In this document: piece after piece, positions 27,976 to 38,365 of the stretch
Position numbering within the stretch: the first letter of the stretch is position 1
Layout: every line of letters begins with the position of its first letter
IMG/VR virus record: IMGVR_UViG_3300025133_009608
Coordinates: 186,001-250,000 of that record
DNA: 64,000 nucleotides
Direction: 5' to 3' (one strand)
The notes under the pieces: model-generated
Database searches by the model: none
What the model was told of the DNA's origin: nothing
The model's input: the letters and a program-made list of their open reading frames with translations, nothing else
Translations under genes and position numbers: made by a program

Positions 27976-29859
27976 TTACCTTTCCCACCTGGGTCTTTTA
28001 AAATAATTTCTTATTTCAGTATAAGCATCTGAGACGTCTGTATCTACTGTGTTATTGCCAAATGTGAAATCATCATTTGCCAACCAACCCGATCCTGGAT
28101 TCATTCCAAATTCAACTCTTAAATATACATTACCTACACTTTCAACTAACGAAGTTTCAAATATTATATTTACAGGCGCGGCTCCCACATCAAATGTAAA
28201 GGATTCGGCTGTATATGGGCCTGGACCTTCCTCTTCGTAGGTGCCGTCATCATACAAGACAATACCATCGCTTGTATATATTTTTTTATTGAATAACTCA
28301 GTGGTATTCGCAGGAGGAGCAGGAACGGGAGTATTAATATTATCTTTTAATTTAAAATCTATACTCCCAGTGTATTTTTCATTAGACACCCATCTCTGGC
28401 TCCACCCCGGAATGCCGGAGTGTCTTTCTGGCCAAATGCATAGTATAGCGAAATCCCCCAAGCCAGTAGGTACTTTTTCTTTAAATACCCCACCAGATGG
28501 ATCGAATATATCTATGGGCCAATTCCAGGCAAGTGTGGAGCTAACAATATCAGATACCGATTCAAATTTATCAACGGTGTGGTCGGGCACTATTCCTTCG
28601 CCATATAAATAGGCCTGTTCGACGTAGTGCAGTTCCTTTTTTCCTATTGCTGTTTTATATTTTTTACATAAAAATCTAGCATTATTAACATATTTTGACT
28701 TATTTGCATATACAGCAAAAAATCCATCAACTTTTGATGCAAACTTTTTGTGCAACTCTGGCGGCCTAGTAATTATCAATCCTGTTTTGTCGGGAAAGGC
28801 AACTGAATCTATTTGCTGGTATGACTCCATTACATCAAAAGTTTGAATATATGATACCAGCTTTCCATCAATTTCGATACGTGGGTTTTCTATATATAGT
28901 AATTTGTTAGCCCATTCGTTTATATACTTTGTTGCGACAACTTCTATTCTTAATACATTTGTGCCAGAAACAACCCACTCAGTAATATTGCTATTAAAAT
29001 ATTCTATAAAGCTGTGGCCAAGCCAATCCTCAGAATATATTTCGGTCCCATTAATAAAAAACTTTTTGTATAATCCACTAAATTCTTCTTCATTGTTGGC
29101 GTCATTAAAAAGAAAACTAACAACGGCTGTGTCTGGGGAGAAAGAGATGTCAAAAGAATATTCTGTTGCTACATATTCGTCCTTAATCATATTACTTTCG
29201 ATAGTCATGCCAATTACTGTACTTGGTATTATTTGCTTTAACATATGATTAAAATATTGTGTTGGCCAAAATTTAAAGCTAGAATTACTACTTTTGGCTG
29301 CGATAGTTATGTTTTCTATTTCTACTTCGGTGTATCCTCCAAATACAGGATCCATTACCGGGCCGAAGTCATCGACAGAGAATCCGACAAAGTGTGGGTA
29401 GGTCAGAGATAGTGCGGAAAATTCTGTCGCTGCTGCAGCCCATGAAACAGCGGAATCACGATCATTACTCGTAGGAACACCAATTCCCGCTATTCCTCCT
29501 CGATTGCCACCTGTGATTCCCCATCTATTTGTAATGCCTTTAATGAGGTGGCGCTCCCTTACGGTGGCAAATATTTTTATACCCGTTCCCACGGTTTCAT
29601 TTAGAAGAGATATAAAATCAACCCAGTATTCACCAGCGGAGTTGTCACCCGCAATCCCATCGTCTGCAGTGAATCCGAAAAAAGTCTGACCGGAGTCAAT
29701 CATGGCTTCGACCGTTTTCTTCATATCTTTTTTTCTAAATTCTGAATATGGAACTGTATTGCCCGCGCCTGGTCCATGCGAATTAGGCACGGCTCTTCCA
29801 TATGATCCAATCAGCTCAGGTTTTGACGCATTTCTCGTAAAGGTTGCTGGAAATAACAT
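27976..29859 (-). CDS. Large hypothetical protein, possibly virion-associated with a glycoside-hydrolase-like barrel
   Basis: 627-aa ORF; GFSVDDF motif and beta-sandwich-like segments. Confidence 0.5.
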   Translation of the reverse strand: MLFPATFTRNASKPELIGSYGRAVPNSHGPGAGNTVPYSEFRKKDMKKTVEAMIDSGQTFFGFTADDGIAGDNSAGEYWVDFISLLNETVGTGIKIFATVRERHLIKGITNRWGITGGNRGGIAGIGVPTSNDRDSAVSWAAAATEFSALSLTYPHFVGFSVDDFGPVMDPVFGGYTEVEIENITIAAKSSNSSFKFWPTQYFNHMLKQIIPSTVIGMTIESNMIKDEYVATEYSFDISFSPDTAVVSFLFNDANNEEEFSGLYKKFFINGTEIYSEDWLGHSFIEYFNSNITEWVVSGTNVLRIEVVATKYINEWANKLLYIENPRIEIDGKLVSYIQTFDVMESYQQIDSVAFPDKTGLIITRPPELHKKFASKVDGFFAVYANKSKYVNNARFLCKKYKTAIGKKELHYVEQAYLYGEGIVPDHTVDKFESVSDIVSSTLAWNWPIDIFDPSGGVFKEKVPTGLGDFAILCIWPERHSGIPGWSQRWVSNEKYTGSIDFKLKDNINTPVPAPPANTTELFNKKIYTSDGIVLYDDGTYEEEGPGPYTAESFTFDVGAAPVNIIFETSLVESVGNVYLRVEFGMNPGSGWLANDDFTFGNNTVDTDVSDAYTEIRNYFKRPRWER

Positions 29860-29871
29860 TAAACTACCTAA

Positions 29872-30486
29872 TTAGAAATTATCCTGAGCAATACTGTATA
29901 GTTTCGCTCCATCATATGATATGAATGAAATTATAGTGGTAGTCCCACCGGCCACGCTGGATGGAGATACTCCGTTTGGAAAACTAAAGATAGAGTGCCA
30001 TATGGTATTGACAGTAACGCTCTGCTCTATGATTAAAATATATGTAGTGCCAGGCGATATATTGCTAGGGGCATCAAATGCAGAGTCACTCGACAGAGAT
30101 ACTCTTGCCATCTGGCCAGAGCCCATATCCCAACCAACGGTTCCGTCGGCCTCTTGTAAGTCTATAGTTCCAATTGATATTCCGCCTGCCGTAATCCTGC
30201 CCCCAGTGGTTCTACCAGAAGATACTACATCATCGAGCGATGGAGTCGGTGGAATTGTAATATTTAGAATCTTCTCGTCGATGGCCTCCAGTCGCTCCCC
30301 TACTGTGGAGTATTCGCCGAACGAATCGGATGCTTGCGGATCGACGCCAAGAGTTGTTTCTATATTTATTATTCCAGATCGATACCTATTTAGATCTTCC
30401 GCTCTTACTGGGCTTACTCCATCTATAACTAGTGGCAGCTGCTGGTATCCGTCAATTGCGGATGGATATATGCTAAAGTCAGACAT
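29872..30486 (-). CDS. Virion structural protein (fibre-like)
   Basis: YPSAIDG...INIETTLG N-terminus; PSNISPG.TYILII.Q...W..FSFPNG C-terminal fibre-type domain. Confidence 0.6.
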   Translation of the reverse strand: MSDFSIYPSAIDGYQQLPLVIDGVSPVRAEDLNRYRSGIINIETTLGVDPQASDSFGEYSTVGERLEAIDEKILNITIPPTPSLDDVVSSGRTTGGRITAGGISIGTIDLQEADGTVGWDMGSGQMARVSLSSDSAFDAPSNISPGTTYILIIEQSVTVNTIWHSIFSFPNGVSPSSVAGGTTTIISFISYDGAKLYSIAQDNF

Positions 30487-30494
30487 CTATTAAC

Positions 30495-30668
30495 CTACTT
30501 GTACTTTCTTGGGGATGAAACTATTTTTGAAACTCTCTTTTTTCGAATCGATGTGCCGCGACTTGCAAGCTTCGAACTAGCCGAGCTGCTCGACGTTAGT
30601 TTTTTAGAAACTTTTTTTGATAATGACTTCTTTGTTCTTTTTATTCGCTTTCCACAACCACAGCCCAT
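30495..30668 (-). CDS. 57-aa K/R/S-rich basic peptide (not in the ORF track)
   Basis: Manual translation: MGCGCGKRIKRTKKSLSKKVSKKLTSSSSASSKLASRGTSIRKKRVSKIVSSPRKYK; GAGGA RBS; TACTAATATTT upstream. Confidence 0.7.
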   Translation of the reverse strand: MGCGCGKRIKRTKKSLSKKVSKKLTSSSSASSKLASRGTSIRKKRVSKIVSSPRKYK

Positions 30669-30737
30669 AATTTCCTCGCTTATTGTCTATTTTAAATTAA
30701 AAATATTAGTATCTCTTATAGTTGCCGATATTATATA

Positions 30738-31601
30738 TTGCTAATTAATAACCATAATACGGCAGAGTCTCTTTTCGGAACAGAAGATAATACAGGTTTG
30801 AACGTGAATAATATTCTAAAATACATTTTGGTATTAACAACCGCAATATCATCTACATATATTACGAAAAGCATTTTAACCTTTAAAAAAGAACATGCTA
30901 ATTTTGAATCATTTCAAATATCAGCAAGAAGCCAAGAGCAAAAAATGCTCAATCCAGTGGTTAAGCTGTCCTACTTGACGCCAAGTCACTTGGATGAGTC
31001 CGGCGAGCCGCAGGGGGTTTCGCTATCCACAGCGACTGGATTTGGCATCGAATACGATGCGGTTAGAAATATATCATATGCAATAACAAATGCTCACTTT
31101 TGCAATGCTGGATTTGAAAATGAAAATTCAAACCTTCTTGCTGAAACATCAGATTACTTTAGACATAATTACCCACGCACAGATGCGATGCCGGGCGAGG
31201 CGCTATATATGGACCGCGGACTTGACCTATGCATAGTCGCTATCTATGGATATATAGCTCCGGCTATAATCGCGAATATAGGATATGAGGTTCAGCAATT
31301 TGAAAACATCTATATAGTCGGAGCCCCGTCTGGAGTCCTTCCTGTGATTATAGATACATATATGTCCGCCGAAGCACACAGGCCATCCATAAGGCTGGGA
31401 GCAATGAATCTCAGCGGAAACAACTACCTTCTAGTATCAGAGCAAGTTTTTCCAGGCCACTCCGGCAGTCCAATTTTTAATGAATCCGGAGAAGTGATCG
31501 GGGTTATTTTTGCATCGCTATCAAGATATGGAGGAATAGGTATACCCCTGGGGGACCTATATGCGTTTCTTCAGGATTTTCATAAACTTGCATCTAACTA
31601 G
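30738..31601 (+). CDS. Trypsin-like serine protease
   Basis: TNAHFC, DLC, PGHSGSP. Confidence 0.85.
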   Translation: MLINNHNTAESLFGTEDNTGLNVNNILKYILVLTTAISSTYITKSILTFKKEHANFESFQISARSQEQKMLNPVVKLSYLTPSHLDESGEPQGVSLSTATGFGIEYDAVRNISYAITNAHFCNAGFENENSNLLAETSDYFRHNYPRTDAMPGEALYMDRGLDLCIVAIYGYIAPAIIANIGYEVQQFENIYIVGAPSGVLPVIIDTYMSAEAHRPSIRLGAMNLSGNNYLLVSEQVFPGHSGSPIFNESGEVIGVIFASLSRYGGIGIPLGDLYAFLQDFHKLASN

Positions 31602-32164
31602 GGCTTTTTCTTCTTGTTCTTCTTTTTGTCAATAAGCTTTTTTAATCGACCCTGTGAATATTTCGAGTAAGCTCCGACAAATGAGGGGTTTACCATTTTT
31701 CCGTCCATCGCCATTCGCAATAACTTATTTGCGTTATTGGCGATCCTAATCCCCTCTGCCCCAATCTCGTCGACCTCTCCGTCTGAGCCTTTTTTCGTAT
31801 ATACCTCGCTGATCTTCTCCACCTGATTCGCGGAAACGCCATAAAGCATCATGTTTGGCCTAAGATCATCAATAAGGACTCTTAGCTCCCTTTTTTGCTC
31901 CGCTATTCTCTTGAAGTTTTTATTCGCATTATTCTTACAGGGCAGCTTACAAGTGTCACAGCTATCCTTAAGGCCCATGTCCCATAATTTGCAGCCAAAG
32001 AATAATTTTTCAGATTCCGGCTCTGACTTTATTGCCTCCGAGCAGCCATAAAAAATATCTCCGTCAACAATCCTTGCCTCTCCGTTGCAATACTTGCTAT
32101 TGCGCATTTCAGATGTCATTTTGCAAAATTTTTTACAATCAATAATTTTTACATCATTAGGCAT
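31598..32164 (-). CDS. Cys-rich hypothetical protein
   Basis: 188-aa ORF with multiple Cys in the N-half. Confidence 0.6.
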   Translation of the reverse strand: MPNDVKIIDCKKFCKMTSEMRNSKYCNGEARIVDGDIFYGCSEAIKSEPESEKLFFGCKLWDMGLKDSCDTCKLPCKNNANKNFKRIAEQKRELRVLIDDLRPNMMLYGVSANQVEKISEVYTKKGSDGEVDEIGAEGIRIANNANKLLRMAMDGKMVNPSFVGAYSKYSQGRLKKLIDKKKNKKKKP

Positions 32165-32363
32165 TTTTCAACTTAGAGCGAATAGATACAAGCTCAGAAA
32201 TAAGACTGTCTATAGCTTCCGAGTCAAGCTCGGCGGTGACAAGCACTATGGAGTCTTCGTTTTTTCGCGCCTTTATCGAAAGAGAGGCGGACAAATCACC
32301 AGATGACTCGATCTTTAAATAGTTATTATTTTCTAATTTTATTTTCATTATTACCTGACTCAA
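32157..32363 (-). CDS. Small hypothetical protein
   Basis: Coupled ORF within the operon. Confidence 0.5.
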   Translation of the reverse strand: MSQVIMKIKLENNNYLKIESSGDLSASLSIKARKNEDSIVLVTAELDSEAIDSLISELVSIRSKLKNA

Positions 32364-32378
32364 TCAGCGCGGGAAAGC

Positions 32379-33002
32379 TTAGCTCGGGAGGCACGAATCC
32401 CACGGCCTTCCCCCTTTTCCAAATACGTGCCCAGAATCCCTGCCGAGCTCTACCCAGCAATTATTTTCTTGCCGAGCCCAGTAGGGCGGAGAAGAAAGCC
32501 TTATACTGTAATAATAAGATGCATTTCCAATTTCGCCACCACTTTTTTCTCCGGAGCTTACAATCTGCCTTGCGGCCGCCCATTTCTCAGTATTTTTGTA
32601 TCTCATGATAAATTCAGAATACGTTGATGCAGAATAGCTATTAAGACATGAAAACTCATACGGAGAAGTAACTACTTCGTACATTGACTTCCCTGAATAT
32701 TCAGACCTGTTTTTTATAACTGTAAATACATTCTTCATAGCAACCACTCCTTGTGCTTGCGCCTCCGCCATTACTACTGATATAATTAAATCAATTGAAT
32801 TAGATGGCTCCGGGACGACAATAAGCTGCCCAGCCCATATCCTGCCCGGGGTTACCCCCGGGTTGGCAAGGCGCAGCTCTTCTTGTGACACTCCCATTCT
32901 TTCTGCTATCTGCCCAAATGTATCACCAGGTACAACAACATATGTTGACTCAGAGGCCATAATTATCTTTATGTAACTCTCTATTTTGTTTTTTCTTTTC
33001 AC
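32379..33002 (-). CDS. LysM plus SleB-like (Hydrolase_2) cell-wall hydrolase
   Basis: YVVVPGDTFGQIA LysM; MAEA...VIKNR...YEFSC...A.YYY...PYW...GHVF. Confidence 0.85.
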   Translation of the reverse strand: MKRKNKIESYIKIIMASESTYVVVPGDTFGQIAERMGVSQEELRLANPGVTPGRIWAGQLIVVPEPSNSIDLIISVVMAEAQAQGVVAMKNVFTVIKNRSEYSGKSMYEVVTSPYEFSCLNSYSASTYSEFIMRYKNTEKWAAARQIVSSGEKSGGEIGNASYYYSIRLSSPPYWARQENNCWVELGRDSGHVFGKGGRPWDSCLPS

Positions 33003-34297
33003 AGAATTTCCGCCGCATGCGTTGCTAGTGGGCTGCGAACTCCCTTTAGGAGAGTTATGTGTCCGGCGAGCTCAAAGTCTTTAAACTTCTCTACAATAGC
33101 TCCGAGGCCGCAGGTGCTTGAGTCAAGGTGCGGCGCATCGATCTGCTCCAAGTCACCAAGCATAATTAGCTTCGAGCCCTCACCCATCCTAGTAATAACG
33201 GCTTTTGCTTCATGCAGCGTGATGTTCTGTGACTCATCTAGAATAAATAAAGTTCTTGGCAGGCTTCGTCCCCGAATGTGTGACAGTGCTTGAATTTCAA
33301 TAATTCCCTTATCAATCATTAAGTCCAAATAATCTCTTCCGTTTTTGAATATTATTTCAAGATTATCAAATATCGGCTGTAGCCATGGGGCCATCTTCTC
33401 TTCTAGCAGTCCGGGAAGGAATCCTATATCGGCGCTCATGCTTTCAGTTGGCCGAGAGATGATGATCTTGTCGTACGTCCCTATGTTTAGTTGGTGAATT
33501 GCCGCCACGGCAGCAAGCAAAGTCTTTCCACAACCGCTTTTTCCTGTTATAGTTGCGAGATGAACGTTGCTATCAAGAAGCATGTCCATCGCGAATGCTT
33601 GCTCTTTGTTTCTTGGAGATATTCCCTCTATGCCAAACCCCTTTGCGGAGGCAAATATTAGGGGCTTTATCTCTCCTCCTCGAAACGATGCGAGCGCACT
33701 CTGCTGCCCACCCTTTACTACTACAAATTCATTTGGCTCCAAAGAGAGATCATCAGCCTCAACGTAGCCCTCGCTGTAAAACGAATTTATCTGCTCGGGA
33801 GTCATATTCAATACAGAGACTCCAGTAAAAGCGCCTCTTCGCTCTACTCTTGCCTTTTCTTTTATATAATTTTCAGCTTTTAACCCAAGGCTATCACACT
33901 TTACTCTTACATTTATATCTCTAGAGACTAGGAAAACATTATCATTATTTTTCGAAAGCTTTACTGCGACAGATATAATTTTATTATCATTAGAGTCGGA
34001 CATTCCGGATGGAAGAATCGAGGTATCAGAGTCGGTTGATACAATGATCGTCTGGCCGTTATCAAGTGAGATTCCGTCTTGCAATGATCCTTTTTCTCGC
34101 AATTTGTCCAAAAAACGATTGATATACCGAGCAGAGTTTCCGGCCGAATCATTTCTAGTTTTTATATTATCTATTTCTTCTAACACTACCATTGGCAAAA
34201 CCACATCGGTATCTGGGAATCCGTGTATCGAGTCTTCATGATAAATTAAAACTGAAGTATCTAATACAAATGTTTTTCTTTTACTCTTCTCTGTCAT
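32999..34297 (-). CDS. phoH: PhoH-family ATPase with N-terminal PIN domain
   Basis: VLDTSVL PIN; GKSGCGKT; IGFLPG; RGRS; DESQN; GDLEQID. Confidence 0.9.
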   Translation of the reverse strand: MTEKSKRKTFVLDTSVLIYHEDSIHGFPDTDVVLPMVVLEEIDNIKTRNDSAGNSARYINRFLDKLREKGSLQDGISLDNGQTIIVSTDSDTSILPSGMSDSNDNKIISVAVKLSKNNDNVFLVSRDINVRVKCDSLGLKAENYIKEKARVERRGAFTGVSVLNMTPEQINSFYSEGYVEADDLSLEPNEFVVVKGGQQSALASFRGGEIKPLIFASAKGFGIEGISPRNKEQAFAMDMLLDSNVHLATITGKSGCGKTLLAAVAAIHQLNIGTYDKIIISRPTESMSADIGFLPGLLEEKMAPWLQPIFDNLEIIFKNGRDYLDLMIDKGIIEIQALSHIRGRSLPRTLFILDESQNITLHEAKAVITRMGEGSKLIMLGDLEQIDAPHLDSSTCGLGAIVEKFKDFELAGHITLLKGVRSPLATHAAEIL

Positions 34298-34631
34298 TGT
34301 CTAAAATCTCCTCTTCTGCAATTGACCAGTGCTCAAGAGTTATCTCATAATAAAGATCTCCACTGGGTTCTTCCTTCATCTTCATTTCTGGGCCAGCCCA
34401 CTCTCCAATTACCTCTCCTTCGTGAGAAACGCTAAGGGCTCCAATTCCTGGGTAATCTATAATTTCTAGATCATTGCTTATAAAATATTCAACCATGATA
34501 TCCCGGGGCATATTAAGTATATCTGTCTCATCTATACCAATATAAATTAATAAGTTTGAAAGCCACTGAGATCTAACCTCGCTTATTGTGTCATCAAAGC
34601 CAGTTCTATCTGTTAAAATTATTGTTTTCAT
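34281..34631 (-). CDS. Hypothetical protein
   Basis: 116-aa coupled ORF. Confidence 0.6.
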   Translation of the reverse strand: MKTIILTDRTGFDDTISEVRSQWLSNLLIYIGIDETDILNMPRDIMVEYFISNDLEIIDYPGIGALSVSHEGEVIGEWAGPEMKMKEEPSGDLYYEITLEHWSIAEEEILDNDREE

Positions 34632-34643
34632 TCGAAGGTCGCA

Positions 34644-37169
34644 CTATCCACAGCGACTAGCCCCACAGCCAAGGCAGGTTGCACAGCCCTCCTGATAGAT
34701 AAGAGACCCTTCAGAGCCGCAACTCTGACAGGCCCGCTCAGATACCGCTGTTCCATCGCTTATATATTTCTTCAATACTCTGGCAACAACTTTGGAAAAC
34801 GATGAAAAATCTGCATCTTTATCCTTCTGAAGCTGCTCTACCATGTAATTAACTGGCGCTCCATGCCTGAGCCCGAGAGATATGGTTCTTGTGAATGCTG
34901 AATAATTTGGATTATCAAATATTTCAACTATATTTTTAACAACAAACTCATCGTCCTTCTCTCCGAATGATAAATCATATATTGAATTCATCGTCTTTCT
35001 GGACCTTTTCGTTATGGTCCCTTTCGCAAATGATCTCGGAATCTCCACATACCGGCTGAGCCCTCCGAATACCTCGTAGGGTCGCCCGCTCATTATGCCC
35101 ACCAGAATCGTCCACGCCTCGCCCTTGATGGATGCCCGATGGATTTCGCAAGAAAGGCTATCGGGGCGCCTGGGGGCCGAGTGCTGGTCAAAGATGCTAT
35201 CGCTATCATCGCTCGCATCACTCTTTGATATTAGAACCCCGTCTCTGCTTCCTTCGACATATACTGTCATGCCCTTTAGTCCCATTTCCCATCCTTTTCG
35301 GTAGATATTATCGACATCTTTTGCAGTGGCACTGCTCGGTAAGTTTGTGGTTCTGCTTATTGCATGGCAAATCCATTTTTGAGCCGCAGCCTGAAGCCTA
35401 ACTCCAGACTCCCAATCTATTTCTGCCGATGTCGCCCCGTGATAGGGGGACTCTGCCGGATCCGACTTCCCGGATATCTCCATCCATTTTTTAAAATTAT
35501 GATGATAAACAGAAAAGTGCTGCCACTTATCTCCCATCTCATCTATAAAGTCAATCGCAGAATCATCATAAGATGATATATTCATAGGGATCTTCTTTCT
35601 CCTAATATATTCAAGCCTAAAGGAGGGCTCGATTCCCGAAGTGGTTTGAGTAAGGCAGGATACGCTCCCGCAAGGCGCGATTGTTGAAATAGATATATTT
35701 CTCCGTCCATGCTTAAGATGCAGTTCCCTGAGCATATCGCTCTCAGCGAATAGGCGCTCTATAAATGGATGGCCTTCTTCTTTTTCAAAAGAGTAAATCT
35801 CAAAAGCCCCCCGCTCCGATGCCAGCATACATGACTCTGTATACGATGATATTGCAAGTTCTTTTGTTATCTTTTCAATCATCGCGATAGATTCGTCCGA
35901 TCCATACCTGAGTCCGAGCATCGCAACGGTATCTCCAAGGCCGGTCATTCCAAGGCCCGTTCTTCTCCCTGCCTCTGCAGACTTCCTGATTTTCAGCCAC
36001 AGACTCAATTCTACTGCCTTCGTGTCCTCCGGTTCTGGATCGGATTTTATTTTTCTTATAATATTATCGATATGGTCGATTTCTATATCTACCATATCAT
36101 CCATCAGTCTCTGGGCCTTTCTGGTTAGTTTTGAAAATAGTTTAAAATCAAATTTTGAATTATTTTTAAATGGGTTTTCCACGAAAGAGGTGGTATTTAA
36201 TAGCAATAGTCTACAGCTGTCGTTTGGAGATAAGACCAACTCTGAGCATGGATTGGTGCTTGTTATCCCAAATCCCTCCGACTCATAAGCATTGGCAGGA
36301 GTATTGTTTAGTATGTTATCCCAGAATAATATGCCAGGCTCGGCAGAAACATGTGCTGCCGAAACAATTTCTCCCCAGAGAGCTTTCGCTGATACCATTT
36401 TTGATATCTTAATCTCTGAGTCCTTTGCGTCTACCGGCCACCGAAGCTGAGCATCAGAATCAGACTCTACCGCACTCATAAATTCGTCGGAAAGCCTTAT
36501 AGATATATTTGCTCCAGTAACCTTTGTCTTGTCTTTCTTTATTTCTATAAATGTTTTTATATCAGGATGATGGACAGATATCGTGATCATCAGCGCCCCT
36601 CTTCGATTGCCTTGTGCTACCTCTCTGCACGAATTAGAGAACCTCTCCATGAAGATCCCGATTCCATCTGTGGTCTTCGCCGCATTGGACGTTGGCATGC
36701 CCTGCGGCCTTATATTTGAAATATCAAACCCAACGCCGCCTCGGCGCTTCATGATCTGCACCTGTTCCTGGTCTGTTTTTAGGATTCCTCCATAGGAATC
36801 TATAGGAGAGTCGATCACGAAGCAGTTCGATACAGATTGGATTTGAAACTTATTCCCTATGGCCGACATCGGAGATCCCTGCGGGACAATATACTTAAAT
36901 CCATCGAGTAGACCGAAGATCTCTTTTTCGCTCATTGGGTTATCGTATCTTTTTTCAATTCTGGAGAACTCTCTCGCTAATCGCTGGTGCATTTGTCTCG
37001 GCGATGTCTCAAGAAAGTCTCCATCTAAATTTTGCAGCGCATACTTCGAAGTCCAGACTCCCGCAGCAAGCTCGTCTCCGTCAAAGTACTCTAGGGCGCC
37101 GCTATATGCGTCATTGTATGTGCTCATCTTGTCATCTCTGAGCTTGATTTTTTCTAATTCATTTTCCAT
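34644..37169 (-). CDS. nrdJ: Class II (B12-dependent) ribonucleotide reductase
   Basis: SNCFV, RRGGVG, TNPCSE, IAPCGS, TTSGIEP; C-terminal Cys motifs; no beta subunit nearby. Confidence 0.9.
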   Translation of the reverse strand: MENELEKIKLRDDKMSTYNDAYSGALEYFDGDELAAGVWTSKYALQNLDGDFLETSPRQMHQRLAREFSRIEKRYDNPMSEKEIFGLLDGFKYIVPQGSPMSAIGNKFQIQSVSNCFVIDSPIDSYGGILKTDQEQVQIMKRRGGVGFDISNIRPQGMPTSNAAKTTDGIGIFMERFSNSCREVAQGNRRGALMITISVHHPDIKTFIEIKKDKTKVTGANISIRLSDEFMSAVESDSDAQLRWPVDAKDSEIKISKMVSAKALWGEIVSAAHVSAEPGILFWDNILNNTPANAYESEGFGITSTNPCSELVLSPNDSCRLLLLNTTSFVENPFKNNSKFDFKLFSKLTRKAQRLMDDMVDIEIDHIDNIIRKIKSDPEPEDTKAVELSLWLKIRKSAEAGRRTGLGMTGLGDTVAMLGLRYGSDESIAMIEKITKELAISSYTESCMLASERGAFEIYSFEKEEGHPFIERLFAESDMLRELHLKHGRRNISISTIAPCGSVSCLTQTTSGIEPSFRLEYIRRKKIPMNISSYDDSAIDFIDEMGDKWQHFSVYHHNFKKWMEISGKSDPAESPYHGATSAEIDWESGVRLQAAAQKWICHAISRTTNLPSSATAKDVDNIYRKGWEMGLKGMTVYVEGSRDGVLISKSDASDDSDSIFDQHSAPRRPDSLSCEIHRASIKGEAWTILVGIMSGRPYEVFGGLSRYVEIPRSFAKGTITKRSRKTMNSIYDLSFGEKDDEFVVKNIVEIFDNPNYSAFTRTISLGLRHGAPVNYMVEQLQKDKDADFSSFSKVVARVLKKYISDGTAVSERACQSCGSEGSLIYQEGCATCLGCGASRCG

Positions 37170-37170
37170 A

Positions 37171-37710
37171 TTATCGGCTCTCTACTTTTAGGTTTTTGAT
37201 CGCTTCATTTTTTATCTGACGAACCCTTTCTGGGGAAACTCCGATATCTTTTCCGATTTCGGCCAAAGTATGTCCGAATAGAATATTTTTAATTAATACG
37301 CCACTCGCCCTTCTATCCGAGTAGTTTTTTACATCAATAATAGTGGTGGCCCCATCTTCGTAACAACTACAGGTGCTTGCAAGCATATCTCTGCATATCT
37401 TTTTCGCAGCGCTATTTTTTTGATTTTTTGAAAACGAGTCCCTTAAGCCGTTTGCCACATTCCAATGCATCCATCTAAAGAAATCAAATTCCTTTTTATA
37501 ATCATAAGAAGAGATGGCGCGCCACATACCCAGCTTTATAATTTGGAGAACATCATCCTTTTCCGAAAAGAATCTAGACTTATTGAACTTACTCTCGGCC
37601 AGATGCTGAACTTTTCCGAATAATTCGTGCCTCCATTTCAATGAATCATTATTTTCATTAATTATATAAAGTATTTTTATATCCAAATTGGTTATGCTAT
37701 AAAACGTCAC
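37171..37710 (-). CDS. Phage sigma-70-family factor (regions 2 and 4)
   Basis: DDVLQ...GMWRAISSYD...F..W; TLAEIGKDIGVSPERVRQIKNEAIKNL. Confidence 0.85.
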   Translation of the reverse strand: MTFYSITNLDIKILYIINENNDSLKWRHELFGKVQHLAESKFNKSRFFSEKDDVLQIIKLGMWRAISSYDYKKEFDFFRWMHWNVANGLRDSFSKNQKNSAAKKICRDMLASTCSCYEDGATTIIDVKNYSDRRASGVLIKNILFGHTLAEIGKDIGVSPERVRQIKNEAIKNLKVESR

Positions 37711-38288
37711 TTACCATCCTCTTCATCGTCATCTCTTGGGTGATATTGGTCAACAAAAACTCCTTCTTTCCAGGTTCTAACAACGGATGTTTCCTCAGAC
37801 AAGGTAAACACGGCCATAACGTCTTCTCTTGTAGAAAATGATGCCGCACTAATATGCCTAGTCCCGCATCCCTCTGGAACTTCAAGAGCCGGATTTTCTA
37901 CAATTAGATAAATTCTATTTCCAATTATTTGTCCATTTCTATTTACAATAACGGCGCCATCATGGCCTTCTTCTAGCAAGAGCTTTATATCATCTTTAAA
38001 AGAAAGAGAGGAAACGTCCATATATTTTTGGATTGGATTTACTCCAATCTGTCTCATTCCGCCTATTATGTGCCCCTTCGCAGTGTCAAATACCCCAAGC
38101 ACAACCAGGATCCCTATGGTCTTCTTCTTTTCGAGAAAGTCTTTTGAGATTTCACATAAAAAGCTAAAAATTCTCTTTTCTACTTTCTGGTGCTCTCTTG
38201 CTGCGCTAAATTGAAACGAAAAATCTGCCGATGCAGATTTGTTATGGGCCACAGGCCCCAGCTGTTCGGTTGGTTGATCGTCGTTCAT
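37707..38288 (-). CDS. Standalone diadenylate cyclase (DAC/DisA_N) domain protein
   Basis: HDGAVIV, GTRHISAA, LSEET. Confidence 0.8.
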   Translation of the reverse strand: MNDDQPTEQLGPVAHNKSASADFSFQFSAAREHQKVEKRIFSFLCEISKDFLEKKKTIGILVVLGVFDTAKGHIIGGMRQIGVNPIQKYMDVSSLSFKDDIKLLLEEGHDGAVIVNRNGQIIGNRIYLIVENPALEVPEGCGTRHISAASFSTREDVMAVFTLSEETSVVRTWKEGVFVDQYHPRDDDEEDGK

Positions 38289-38365
38289 TCTAAACCTCGG
38301 ATTGTTTTGTGTGGCTAGATTATACTAATCCGAAGGCAAGGTTTTTCGATAAAAACTTATTTTAT

